This document shows positions 19,750-20,000 of a stretch of DNA of 20,000 nt, one piece after another. The position numbers were made by a program, and so were the translations under genes. Numbering within the stretch: position 1 is the first letter of the stretch; the number at the start of each line of letters is the position of its first letter. This DNA comes from Stramenopiles sp. TOSAG23-2. Lineage: Eukaryota. The notes under the pieces are model-generated. The model searched no databases, was not told the DNA's origin, and was given only the letters and a program-made list of their open reading frames with translations. The stretch is taken from positions 54,797-74,796 of the forward strand of contig LT649243.1 of NCBI GenBank assembly GCA_900128395.1, given 5' to 3'.

Positions 19750-20000
19750 ATGCAACGAGCGACAGTTCTATTAAGTGAAATAGAGGCTAATAATTTAAAC
19801 CAAGAAGAGGATTCTAATCAATTAGTAGTATGGTCTGTAACAGTGCCGAAGAAAAAATCTATTATTAGTCAATCCGCATTAGGTGAAAAACAAGTATGTC
19901 TTACATTAGATACAGTTGGTAACAATATACAAATAGCAGAATGGCCGAGTGCTGGGGAAGCAAGTGCTTTAGTAGCAGATCTTGCACTTGCAAAAGACAG
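19750..20000 (+). CDS. N-terminus of the inositol 5-phosphatase (runs off the window end)
   Basis: ATG in aataaaATG context after AT-rich DNA. Open frame MQRATVLLSEIEANNLNQEEDSNQLVVWSVTVPKKKSIISQSALGEKQVCLTLDTVGNNIQIAEWPSAGEASALVADLALAKD. The last 17 complete residues are identical and in frame with the - strand phosphatase ORF. Confidence 0.88.
   Translation, partial: MQRATVLLSEIEANNLNQEEDSNQLVVWSVTVPKKKSIISQSALGEKQVCLTLDTVGNNIQIAEWPSAGEASALVADLALAKD
19946..20000. repeat. Right copy of inverted repeat (partner 15203-15257); may continue past the window
   Basis: cgagtgctggggaagcaagtgctttagtagcagatcttgcacttgcaaaagacag. The match begins abruptly at 19946/15257 and runs to the last base. Confidence 0.97.

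Noticed and set aside
1-20000. CRISPR array, rRNA/tRNA, intact transposase or prokaryotic operon/defence system
   Set aside because: I saw no spaced direct repeats, RNA-gene signatures or transposase/integrase motifs. The genes are eukaryotic and functionally unrelated.

Overview
AT-rich, gene-dense eukaryotic (protist-like) DNA with apparently intron-less genes and Asn/Ser-rich low-complexity tracts. In order: a Cdc25 phosphatase, a TPR-RCC1-filamin-coiled-coil protein, an NADH-cytochrome b5 reductase, a 7-TM orphan resembling the gustatory-receptor-like/7TM ion channel superfamily, a family III CoA-transferase with PTS1, a SHIP-like inositol 5-phosphatase, the C-terminal part of a K+-independent H+-pyrophosphatase, a DUF1330-like protein and a CpG-depleted decayed region. 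The main structural feature is a junction at 15257/15258. It joins a 5'-truncated 5-phosphatase (- strand) to a 5'-truncated H+-PPase (+ strand). The missing 5-phosphatase N-terminus lies at 19750-20000 on the + strand, and 19946-20000 is an exact inverted copy of 15203-15257. This indicates a fold-back or inversion, either an MDA/assembly chimera or a real rearrangement. All protein calls come from motif recognition, not database searches.
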